From the NCBI GenBank assembly GCA_964106645.2, contig OZ067050.1: 64,000 nt of DNA, one strand, 5' to 3'. The position numbers and the translations under genes were made by a program. Positions 50,401-61,499 of this stretch are shown piece after piece; the stretch's first letter is position 1, and each line of letters opens with the position of its first letter. The notes beneath the pieces are model-generated. The model worked only from the letters and a program-made list of their open reading frames with translations. It made no database searches and had not been told where the DNA came from. This stretch comes from Podarcis pityusensis. Its lineage: Eukaryota.

Positions 50401-52714
50401 TTGACCAAGATGGCCTCAGTGGGCTTCAGCTTCCACTGCGTCACCCAACCCCCTAGCAATACCACTTGCCCTTGAAGTATTCCCTCAAATACTATGTCAT
50501 GTGCTCTATCTTAACTTTCCAGACTCCACCCTTGGATGTTGCTTTCTGGAAAGCCTAGCCTGGGTCTTCCCTGTTGATATGGAAGAGCAACCAGGTTCCC
50601 ATGAGAGGAAACGGTCCTTTATCTGAAGAAATCTCCTCATGGCCACCACCAGTTGCCAGCTTCCTATTCAAAAGGCACACACATACACACATATTCCTAA
50701 TCCCAGCTCTGGGGCATGGTGGAAGTGTCAGACGTTGATATTGCATACCCCACAAATGTCCCGGGGGAAAATGGGGCATCCTTTTTTTTTTTATCGCGAG
50801 AGAACAGTGGCCATTTGGGTTGCTGTGATCTTGCCTGATTTTGCGGCGCAATCCCCCCACCCCCGGAAAAGTGCTTTCTTTTGGGTGTGATCTCACATGG
50901 TATCCCCAAGCACTTGTTTTTGGGTGCCTTGCCCATTCTTTTTTTGGAGGGGGGGAAACCATGGCCATGATGTTTTCATGATAAAAAATGGGAAAATACA
51001 GCCCAGGAAGATGGCGTCCTGGATTTTGGTTTCAAGGTCTTGGAGGGTATGGTATGGCTGGGCAGGTGTCATGGCCCATTCCTGACCAGGGGACTAACCG
51101 CCAGCCCTGGCTGCCACCACCTTTTGCTAACCTTCACTGAGTGAGGGAGGAAAATGTGACAAGTGAGCTGAAGGAGTTGCAGTCTCTGCTAGCCTCTCCC
51201 TCTGGGCGGGCATGAGGACTGGGCCATTTGCTTGCTCTCTTCCGCAGCATCAAGGCAGCATGGGATTTCAGCAGGTTTTGGGTTGATTCCTACCGTCCTT
51301 CTTACAATGGTATCCTGCCTTTCTCTTATTATGGAACTCAAGGCAGTGTACATGTAAGTCCTCAGCTGGTCTCCCATCCAGGCACTGATCAGCATTAAGC
51401 CTTCTTTGCATCCATAAGGGAGTAGACTCATGTGCCTTTGGACCACAGCAAGAGCGGACTTTGCTCTTTCAAATTTCAGTGGCATCCTTTGCAGGGCCAA
51501 AATTTGACAGCCCCACCTCTCGCCTTCCATTCCATTTGCTATATCACACCTACACCGCTTCCTATACTCAGCGCCCAGTGTAGCCAAATCTGCCTCTGAC
51601 AACACCCACTGGATCGGGAAGGAATGATGGGTATATCTGCCCATTTTCAGTTTACCTCCATTTCTCATATCTTCAACTCTTCACTTTTCCACATCAACTG
51701 ACAATTTTTTAAAAAGAGTCTAGGTGAAAATTTCAGTGCTAATTTCTCCTAATATACATATTTTTATTTTTGTATGCAGTTGTGCCGAGTCTACACATTT
51801 TTGCAAAGCAAATTCCCCCAGTAGAATGCATTTTTGTACAATATTTTCACCCACATGTGCATTTTTTTGTGCACACTTTGCTGCATTTCTGTACGCGTGA
51901 CTCGGCTGGAGAACCGTGCTGCAAAATTGGCGAACTGCAAAGGACGGCTACATTTTGGTTCATGTATTGTTTCAGAAAGTGAAAGGCTCGCCTTTAAATG
52001 AGGACAGAATTGAATGGTTCCTCCTGCCCCCTAGCTGCCCGTTAGTACCGGATGGCGAGGTGGCGTTGTGAGCGGTTAGCTCTGCCGCTCGTACTACAGG
52101 CCACTTCCGTCAGCAAAATATGTTATTCTTCCTGAGTGGAAAATCCTGGGTGTAGCCTTGCTGGGTGGGGAGATTTTGTCCCTCCGAACCATTGAGTTGG
52201 CAGCCTCACTGGCTAGGCCACAGCTTGGATGTCCACCAGTCTGGATGGCTGTAAAAGAAAATTAGACCTTTTCATGGAGGCAAGGCTATCAATGACTAGC
52301 TATGGTGGTGACTCTGTTCTGCCTCCGCTGCTGGAGGCAGTAATACTGCTGGATACCAGTTCCTGGAAACCACAGGAGGGTTGCACTCTGGCTGCATGTG
52401 AGAACAGATGCTGGATTAGATGGGCCACTGGCCTGATACAGCAGGCTCTTGCCACAAAAGAGCTCAGGCATGATATAACTCTGAAAAATGCATAAGCACA
52501 GATGAGATTCCAAAGATGGCAACTCCATTCTAGACTCTTCTCTGGTTTTTTTTTCTTTTCCCAAATATATGCATGGCATTTATACAGAGCCTCTCTCCAG
52601 GTCCCGAACAGCCTGGTCTGATAGGGCTCATTTTACATTGCAGCTCCTGGGATCTTTAGTACTCAATGCATGGGCTCTGCTGCTGAGCTCTGAGCCATCA
52701 CTCATGCAATCTGC

Positions 52715-52750
<36 letters not shown>

Positions 52751-52859
52751 TTTGTACCCTGCCCATCTGGCTGGGTCTCCCCAGCCACTCTGGGCGGCTT
52801 CTAACAAAGATTGGAAGCTTCTGAAATGTAAAAAAAATGCTCGTGTCTATAATGCATTC

Positions 52860-53065
52860 AAATTAAAACCACAAGGGAAATCTGGAGCATAGAAACCTGT
52901 TCGTATGTGGTCTTCCTCACTTGTCTTTCTCAGCTATCGGCTCGTTCCACACCTTCCTCTCCCAATCCCTGCTTCCTTCCCCCCCGAAAACCTCATCAGC
53001 CTTGCTCCCCGCCCTTTCCTGTCTCTTTCAGTTCCTCCTCGTTCAATTTGATTTGTGGGGTAAGA
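52860..53065 (+). promoter_or_regulatory. Putative SPN promoter and non-coding first exon
   Basis: RUNX motifs (AACCACA 52867, TGTGGT 52906), several ETS/PU.1-like CTTCCT motifs, GC box, candidate donor GGG|gtaaga near 53060. Confidence 0.4.
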
Positions 53066-53580
53066 CTTGAGAAGGCTGCAGAAATAAACTGGTCCTGTCT
53101 CCTACTTTACAGAGGACAGCAGCCCTTTGTTTGAATGGCTCCTCTGTAGGAAGGTGTGTCCCGTCCAAGTGGCACAGTGAGCTAATTCTAGACCCTGAAC
53201 CCTAATAGTCTTAAAACAGATCCCTTCAATCAGGGGTGGGGAACCACCAGCCCATGGGCCAAACCTGACCTGCCAGAGGTCCCAGTTTGGCCCATGAGAG
53301 CTGTTTCCCCCCAAACCATGCCCAGATGTGGCTTCACAGGAACTACTGGGAGCTTAAAGGAAAGTCCCACTTGTTCTTTTGCCTGAAGCAAGATGTGCTC
53401 CTGTGCCTTGTTTTGGAAGCATTTTGTGGGCTGTACGAAGGAGTTCCTCTCCATGTTGTTGATACCTGCAAAATCTGAGCTTCTATCTCCGCCTCTATCA
53501 GCTGATTTTTGGGGGGTGGGGTGGGGAGAAAGACACACTTTTCTAGCCCTTTGCTCAGTACTTCCCAAAGGGTCAAGCAC

Positions 53581-54363
53581 TCCACACTGGGCAATAGATA
53601 TAGGACACAATATCGACCTAAACCTCTGGAAGAAACACTGGAAAAGAGATTTGAAATTTACCACACATTATTCTCTGAAAGAGAACTATTTGAGAATGAT
53701 TCATAGATGGTATTTAGTTCCGAGTAGGTTGGCTAAGATGTATAAAGCTGAATCAGATACGTGTTGGAAATGTAAAGAAATGGGAGGAACTTTTTTTCAT
53801 ATGTGGTGGACATGCAGAAAGGTAAAAGAATATTGGGAAATGATTTATAATGAGTTGAAAAAAATGTTTAAATTTACCTTCCCCAAAAAACCAGAGTCCT
53901 TTTTGTTGGGAATAACCCAGACAGAATTTCCCAGGTGCCAGAAGTTTATTTATGTATGCAACAACAGCGGCCCGTGTTCTGTTAGCCCAAGAATGGAAAG
54001 TGAGTGAGGTCCCATGTAAAGAAGATTGGCAACTTAAGATGTTAGAACTTGCAAGCTTAACACACAGAATAAGAGAGCAAGAAGAATATATATTTAAAGA
54101 AGAGTGGAACATATTTATTGAATATATGGAAAATAATTGTAAGCTGAAAACACTGGCAGCATTCAACAGAGTAAACAATATTTGATTGGTGTAAAAGTGG
54201 AAAATTGATTTGAATGGTTATAGTAAAATATGCAGGAATGTATGGTATGTAACATGAACCACGAAAGGAGAAGAAGGGAAGTCACTGGATATTTTAAAGT
54301 TTGTAAAAAAAAAAATGTAAGAAACTGAAAACTCAATAAAAATTATTTATTAAAAGAAATAAG
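53581..54363 (+). mobile_element. L1 LINE 3' end
   Basis: ORF2 C-terminal Cys-rich region (HRWYLVP...CWKC...FFHMWWTC), AATAAA and A-rich tail, 15-bp TSD CAAAGGGTCAAGCAC at 53566-53580 and 54364-54378. Confidence 0.92.
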
Positions 54364-56804
54364 CAAAGGGTCAAGCACCCAACAGTTAAGCTGGCTGTCG
54401 GGTGCTTGGGAACCTCACACAAGAGATTTTGACAGGTGGGAGGAACAACCTGCCTGTCAGTCACATGAAACCCCAGTGGTGTTACATGATTGACAAATGG
54501 GCTATTCTGCCCACCTGTCGACACTGGGCTGTGTTTCTCCACCTAACTGCTTAACTGGCCATATGTCATGAAACACACAATTAACATTTCTCTTCTCAGC
54601 CCCTCCCCATCATTCTAATTTTTCAGCTATGCCTATAAATTATATGTGCCATCATTTGTTAACTTTTTTTGAGTGATGCATTTCCTCCTTTTCCGGTGAT
54701 GCATCGGTTGCTGCCCTCCTGCAGATGTATGTGGATTTCAGACGTGAGAAATGTGTCTGTCTGGTAGGAAGTGCCACTCCTTGTGGTAACCCTTCCTAGA
54801 ACAGTTGTAGGCAGTTCTGCCCTCAACCAAGCCCCAGACACAAAATAGTGAGTGCTCCTGTCCACCATATTCCTTAGGAATTCCTCTTGATTGGAGCCCC
54901 ATTTTTTTAAAGTTCTCACGCACCTGACTTGAAAATACTGCTGGTTCATTTGTTGTCTGGTTTAAAAGAGAATTCACAGATGCCAAGATCCATGTTTGGC
55001 ACAAGTACTCTTTGGTAAGAGAACCCAAGCAGAGATTTAAAATTTTTAAAAATACACAGCAAAGTAAAGCGTGGAAATATAGGCTGGTGGATCTTTAAAA
55101 TATTCCTTTCTAAGATGCTTCCTAAGTCCTCCTCTTCCCTTAGCATAGAAAGAGACTACATGTTTGGCAAGTTAAAAATGGTTTGCATACAAAATCTTCA
55201 AAGATCAGGTTCATGTGCTTTCTCATATAGCAGTCAGAAAAAGACAGGCAGTAAAACTAAAGTTCTAAAGTGGTGAATGGTTATTTGCCTAGAAACAAAA
55301 GGATGGCTTGCAGAAAGCCATGAAGCTAAGCTGGAGCAACCAAGCTTAGCCTCCTTACTTGCAGGAGTGCAAATGGTGTAATGGGAAGAATGAAAGCTTG
55401 ATAACCCTTTCTCCCAAGATAAGAGAGAGTGACCTAAGCCTGTCAGGACAGCTTACTCTGTGGTCTTAACCCCTCCATGCATTAATTAGAGTTAAGCACG
55501 TTGGTTATATGGGACTGAGGATCCCACAAATACATCCTTTTATTCATCATATGCTTCTGTCCTTCTAGATTTGCTTACAACTCTCTTTCTTTCTAGCTAT
55601 CTATATTTTCCTCTCTTATCCAGAGCCGTCTTTCTCATTGGACTTAGTGGTTCGTTGTGCCAGGGTGCTGGCCTCTCAGGGGTGCCCTGGTGAGTGGGGG
55701 AGCTGCGCGGCTTTACCAGCAGCCTCCCCTTTCCCTGCACACCCGCCAGCTGCGCCCCGCCAACTATATGGTTGGCGGGCATGCAGCTTCCTTCCCAAGC
55801 CTCCACAGGAGGAGAGCGATCCCCACAGAGGCTTAGGATGGGAGCTGCACACACAGCTTCCCTCCCAAGCCTCTGCGTCTGCTAAAGATGGCCCTGCTCC
55901 CGGTCGCTGTCCTCCTCCTGCTTCCTGGCAAAAGGAGGTGCGCAGCCTTCCTGGGCTGCCTTCTCGGGCGGCCTGACACCAGAGAACATGTCCTCCAGCA
56001 CGTTTTCCTGCTTGATCGCCACCACCACGCCAGGGATCGGGGCGGTGGGGGAGGCAGAGGACATTTTCCACCGCCCCCTCCCTTGTTTTGGAGTTGCTGG
56101 GGGGCGGCGGCAGAGGGATCTTTGCACACGGCGCTGGATATGCTTAAGATGGCCCTACTCTTATCCAATGTATATCATGTTCATTTCAAAGAGCTGGGGA
56201 AGGTTGATAGCACAGTGGTTAGAGCATCTGCTTTGAGTGCAGAATGTCCCGGGTTTAATCCCCAGGGCTGGGGAAAAGATCCCTGTCCGAAATCCCGAAG
56301 AGCCATTACCAGTGAGTGGGGACAGCACTGAGTTAGATAGACCAAGTGGTTTGACTCTGTATAAGACAGCTTCCTTTTATGTTACTAGCGAACATCTTTT
56401 ACATTAAAGCAATACTGTACAAATCAATTCACCAAATAAAACTAGTTTGCAAGACTAGAGACAGGGTGCGGTCAGCTCCAGACCTTGTTAAACGCTGGAA
56501 AGGAATTTTGCTGTGGGGTGTCCTGAGCCAAACAAGACACAATGCCCTAGGAGACATCCATGATGTGTAGCTCCACATGATCTGAGCATGAAGTCCCCAA
56601 CCCATCAGAAGAATTCACGGGTCCCTAATTTAAAAAACCCAGGTGTTTAGATATTCTCTTACTCCTCTCTCTTTTCAGTGCAATCTTCCAGGGGGGAAAA
56701 TGTTTTTAAAAAACTTTTCACATTTTGTTCTCAGGTTGCTGTTCCGTGTTGCTCCACTACATATCACTAGCCAAGCAGGCCCTGCCCTCTGGAGTTCTGC
56801 CGCC

Positions 56805-57977
56805 ATGGAAACGCGATCCCTTCTCAGGCAAATAATTGGCTACGGCATGCCCTTTGGCGTCCTTATTCTTTTGACCGTGGCTGCACATGTTGATGGGCAA
56901 GTTTCTGCTACTTCAGACACACGGCCTGTGGGGACCACCATCTTTCCCCCCACGTCAACTTTCACAACTGAAAGGGTGGACACAGAGCTTGCAACCTCAC
57001 CCTCTCCAGCCAAGCCTTCAGCTCTCCCCTTGTCTCAGTCCACTGCTGCAGCTAAAAAACTGTCTCTAAAAACAGCCACTACAGAGATTATTCTCCAAGA
57101 GAGCAGTACAGATGAAGATGAAACTATCACCAACAATACATCAGGCCCCCATCCCTCTACCGGCCCTGCGATCAGCCTTACCACAGAAACAGCTGCTGTG
57201 GGACAAAAATTTGCGATCAGACCTACCACAGAAGCAGCTGTTGTGGGACAAAAAACTGGTACAACCAGTGGCGTGGCAAACCCTCTCAATACAACAACAG
57301 CCCCTCTCGAGACTACTGTTGGGAGTACATCTGGCATCAAACCAAGGTCAAATTCAAAACAGACTACCAAGGGTGAAGCACAGCCAAGTCCGAAGCCAGA
57401 ACAAGATGTGGTAGATGACACCAAAACAATGGACAACCGCACCCATTGGCCTGCTCAGTGGCCCTCAACCACGACAGCTGTCCCCCAAACAACAAGCGCT
57501 GTCCTTGGCCCAAGAGCAAGTTCTGAGAACAACAGCCAGACTGGAATAATTGTGGCCGCTGTCCTCTGTGCCCTTCTGTTCCTGATCCTCTTGATTGCCA
57601 TCCTCCTTTGCTGGCGAAGGCGCCGCTCTGGCTCAACCAGCTTCAACGAGGGGTGGGCAGGCCAGGTGGCGCTGCCAGACGACTCGGCCTTGGATCGGGA
57701 TGTGGAGCAAGGGGCAGTGCCTGCAAAGGAAGAGGAGACCAAGCGCAACACACTCATCACGTTCTCCGGCAAGCGTCAGTCAAGGGTGCCTTCGGTAGCC
57801 ATGGAGGAAATAGGCGAGAAAGGAGAGAGCGGGGAGAACCAGAAACTGCTTTGTGGAGATGCTGGCGGAGGCTCCAGCCCAGAGGCTTCTGGGAAAGCAA
57901 ATGGTAGACTCTCAGAATCCACCATGCAGTCCTCTCAAGAGATCGTGTTCCCCCCACCCCCAGCTAACCAGGAGTAG
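56805..57977 (+). CDS. SPN: Leukosialin (sialophorin, CD43), 390 aa
   Basis: Single coding exon after acceptor 56733-56734, Kozak GCCGCCATGG, signal peptide, S/T/P mucin ectodomain, TM, tail WRRRRSG...WAGQVALP...RNTLITFSGKRQSR..SVAMEE matching recalled CD43 (WAGPAQVP...RPTLTTFFGRRKSR..SLAMEE). Synteny with C16orf54 and ZG16. Confidence 0.92.
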   Translation: METRSLLRQIIGYGMPFGVLILLTVAAHVDGQVSATSDTRPVGTTIFPPTSTFTTERVDTELATSPSPAKPSALPLSQSTAAAKKLSLKTATTEIILQESSTDEDETITNNTSGPHPSTGPAISLTTETAAVGQKFAIRPTTEAAVVGQKTGTTSGVANPLNTTTAPLETTVGSTSGIKPRSNSKQTTKGEAQPSPKPEQDVVDDTKTMDNRTHWPAQWPSTTTAVPQTTSAVLGPRASSENNSQTGIIVAAVLCALLFLILLIAILLCWRRRRSGSTSFNEGWAGQVALPDDSALDRDVEQGAVPAKEEETKRNTLITFSGKRQSRVPSVAMEEIGEKGESGENQKLLCGDAGGGSSPEASGKANGRLSESTMQSSQEIVFPPPPANQE

Positions 57978-59700
57978 CCTCTTCCTCAACGACCAACGGA
58001 GGACACACTTCTTATGCCCCTTTCTACCCCCCTTCCAGTAGATTAGGACACTCCATTGGCCCTGTTCCCGGTCCATTCAGAGCTGGTGGAAGGGCGGAGG
58101 AGCCCAGGAGAGAAACGCTTGCACCATCAGTGTTTCCGACCACATCCTTTTTCCTGTTTGTATGGTATCTGCAAGGTAGAGACAGTGATCTTAAACCAGG
58201 AGTCCTGGTTTCCCAGCCACCTTTGCCTTAGTCTCACCAAACCTCTTTTCCCTTCTAGAAGACAAGGGGTTTGAGCTGTTGCTTTTTCGCAGCTGTGTGG
58301 AAAACACCTTGGTGTGGTTGTACAGGTGGAAAATCCAGGGCTTCAAAGAGGAGGGAGGTTGTGCTGGAGAAACAACGGCCTTCTATTTGTAGCAGAAAGT
58401 CTTGGTTGCCATTTTCAGAAAGAGGGTAAATTGACGACATCAAATTTGCTGCAATTTTCCACAACATTGAAAATGGTTGTGGGTGATGAGCCCTATTATC
58501 AGAACCAGTTTGCAGGGGACTTTTAACGCAGAAGTGCGAATAGGCTAGCCAGATATCGCAACCCTATTCTTTAAATCTATCCAGGCCAGTGGGCATGTAG
58601 GTTCATATGGACACTCTTCTCATTTAATGCAGGTACCATCCCAAATCTTTCCAACCAGACAGCTTACTGCTATGTATCATATCAAAAGTACATCTTTTCA
58701 AGCAGCCAGTGAACGAACCCTTATTAGCCAATTCTCCAAGATCTGTTGCAGGGTAAGCGGAGTATAGATGTTCATAATTTAAAGTAGACCACAAATGGGA
58801 GGAGTGTAGCTGGAGTAATGGGCAATATTTATTTCTGGATAACCATTACAGTTAAGTGGGTTTTCAGGACCCATTATTACAGATTGTTGCCTCTTAATAT
58901 GCTTCGGTCATTCTTTTGGACCAATTATCAAGGCGCTGGAGTGGGTGGGACGTGGGTTCTCCGTGATTTATTTACCCAGGAGTTGATGTTTCTAACTCCC
59001 TTGGAGTGAGAGGCAACAATTTCCTGAGAGGTAGATACATTAGTGTGCAGCATCAAAAGCAACAAAGAGGCTTTAGGGCACTTTAGAGACAAATGGATTA
59101 ATAGCGGCACAAGCTTTTGTGAACTTGAATCTTCTTTATCTGATGAAGTGGCTTCTAATCCACGAATGCTTATGCCACATACAAAATTTGTTTGCCTAAG
59201 ATGAAAGAAGCCACACTGTTGTTTTGGCTGAGATAACATGTGGTAATCATCTCGTACTTATTAGTACAAAATAGTTAATGATACTTTTGTGAATAGGCAC
59301 TTAGGGAAACCAAACCAAAGAATCTACAAAAGTTTTTTACTGGTTTTCTGAAAGCCAGTGTTAGGGCACCACAAGATAGATGCTTTAAAATCCTCACAGA
59401 ATTACAGGTTCCAAAGTTCATTGGAGGAGAAAACATGGCAATTATTCTGGTTTTGGTCCAGTTTAGATTTCTGCTGCAGGTCATAATCTGTGACAGTGTT
59501 TGCCCGCACAAGCCCCAATGAAACAAATAGAAAGAGCTGTGCAAGAGGCCATCTGCCATTTTCCCTACTTGTCTCTCCTCCATTCACCCTCTGGATAACC
59601 CTGTCTAGTGTTCACTATATGTTCAATTGCTGTTTGTGTCAATTTGTTGTGGTTTTTTTGCAGAGATTTATTTTTGTGTGTTGCCGTATCAAAATATATC

Positions 59701-59706
59701 AATAAA
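59701..59706 (+). terminator. Probable SPN polyadenylation signal
   Basis: AATAAA followed by a T/GT-rich downstream element, 1.7 kb after the stop codon. Confidence 0.55.
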
Positions 59707-61499
59707 GAAGTTTTACTTTGGTTTAATTTTTTGGAGTGTGGTTTGGAACGATGTCGAAACCCACTATTTCAATCAGTTCCAAGTGACAATGTAGCTGACA
59801 CACAGTACACCCATCTTTTTATATTGTATAATACTAAAATTCAGGTTACAGTGGTACCTCAGGTTACAGATGCTTCAGGTTACAGTCGCTTCAGGTTACA
59901 GACTCCGCTAACCCGGAAGTACATTGAAAACAATTAAACAATAGTTTTAAGCATCCATATCCTGATGATTTGAACCTTTCAAATCTTGCCAATGAAGGTG
60001 CAAAAGTGATCTAACAAAAGTTCTTCATCTCAAAGAAAACAAAGGCGGCGTTCAGAACGCTGGAATTAATTGCTCTAATCTCTGCTCGTGGTGTTTATCT
60101 TGCATGCAATTAGTTTGCAGGACTCCTGGGCTCTCCTTAATAGACACTGGTTGTTCATCTGTATGGGTACACAGGAGAAGGCCTGGTCCTGCGTTAGGGG
60201 CCTAAATCAACCCTGGGGTTGATTTGCCTGCCATTATTACAGGCTGGGGTGGGGCACAGTTTCAGGGTGGCGGTTGTATGTACTTCTTACCTCTTGATTG
60301 TGCTTTCAATGAAGTTGTAACCCCTCCCTTTTGCTCAAAGTTGGTGAAAGGCTAATTAAACTAATGAGCGTGCTGTGGTTTAAAAAGAAATGAAATTCTC
60401 CTTCCTTCCCTGTGTATGAATTCATTCTGCTCCTTCATCTGAACTTCATCCAAATGAAGTTCCTTTGATTCCAGATCTTAAGGGATTTCTTGAAGTCATT
60501 ATAGGTAACTTGCTGCAGGGAAATGGCTCAGGAAGCATCTTGTTTTATTCTCTCCTCCCAGCCCCTTTAATTTTATACCACTCTCATCTACCACAAAAAA
60601 CTCTCTAGACTAATTGGTACTCCCCGTTCGTTGAACCAGCATGAGCTGTCACAAATAAGCACTGCACTGAAATGGTACATTTTAAAACAAAAAAGGAAAG
60701 AAAGTAAAATAAATACATCGCTAGCATTCTTTACCACCAACAACAGCACAAGAAAATCAAGCAACGTCTAAACTTTGCAAAGATTTTCCAACAACAGAAG
60801 TGGCGCCCATGAGAGAGGTGCCAGAACTGCGCTCCAGTTTGCTCCGGCTGATAAAACCCCCACTGACCTGGAGAATCTATTGTTTTCTGTATGTAAGAGA
60901 TTTTATTTTGAACGGAAGAACCTTCAGTCACGTGAGACCCCGCCATCTACAGCCTAAACTTCAGGCTGCTGCATGGGCTGCTCCCCAGACACACCTTGAC
61001 AATCTCAAAGAGAACAAGGCCTGGAATAGGAAAACGGAGACTTTTAAGTTAATGTAGAAGTGACAAAATTCCACACTTTGCAGTTTCAGGGTGGCACGTT
61101 GGAATTCACCAGACTGAGGCCGTACTCACACCTTACTTTTAAAGGATTGTGATACCACTAAACAGTCATGGCTTCCCCCAAAAGAATTATGGGAGCTGTA
61201 GTTTGTTAAGGATGCTGAGAGTTGGTAGGAGACCCTCCGTATTCCCCACTCATAGCTGCCATTTACAGAGCAGATTAACAAGCAATCCCTCTTCACTGGG
61301 AACTCTGGGAATCATAGCTTTGGGGTGGGAATACAAGTCTCCCAACAACCCTTAGCACCTTCGATAAACTACAGTTCCCAGAATCCTCCTGTGGATTTTT
61401 CCTGAGAGGGACGACTTCTTGTATGGAGGAACGCTCAGTTCTGATGCGAGCCTGTGATCCGAGGCTTGAGGTGGTTGTCTGGGCCTCTCGCCACCCTTC

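Noticed and set aside
56643-56804. N-terminal extension of the 444-aa SPN ORF
   Set aside because: Crosses the acceptor at 56733-56734; the Kozak ATG at 56805 starts the signal peptide.
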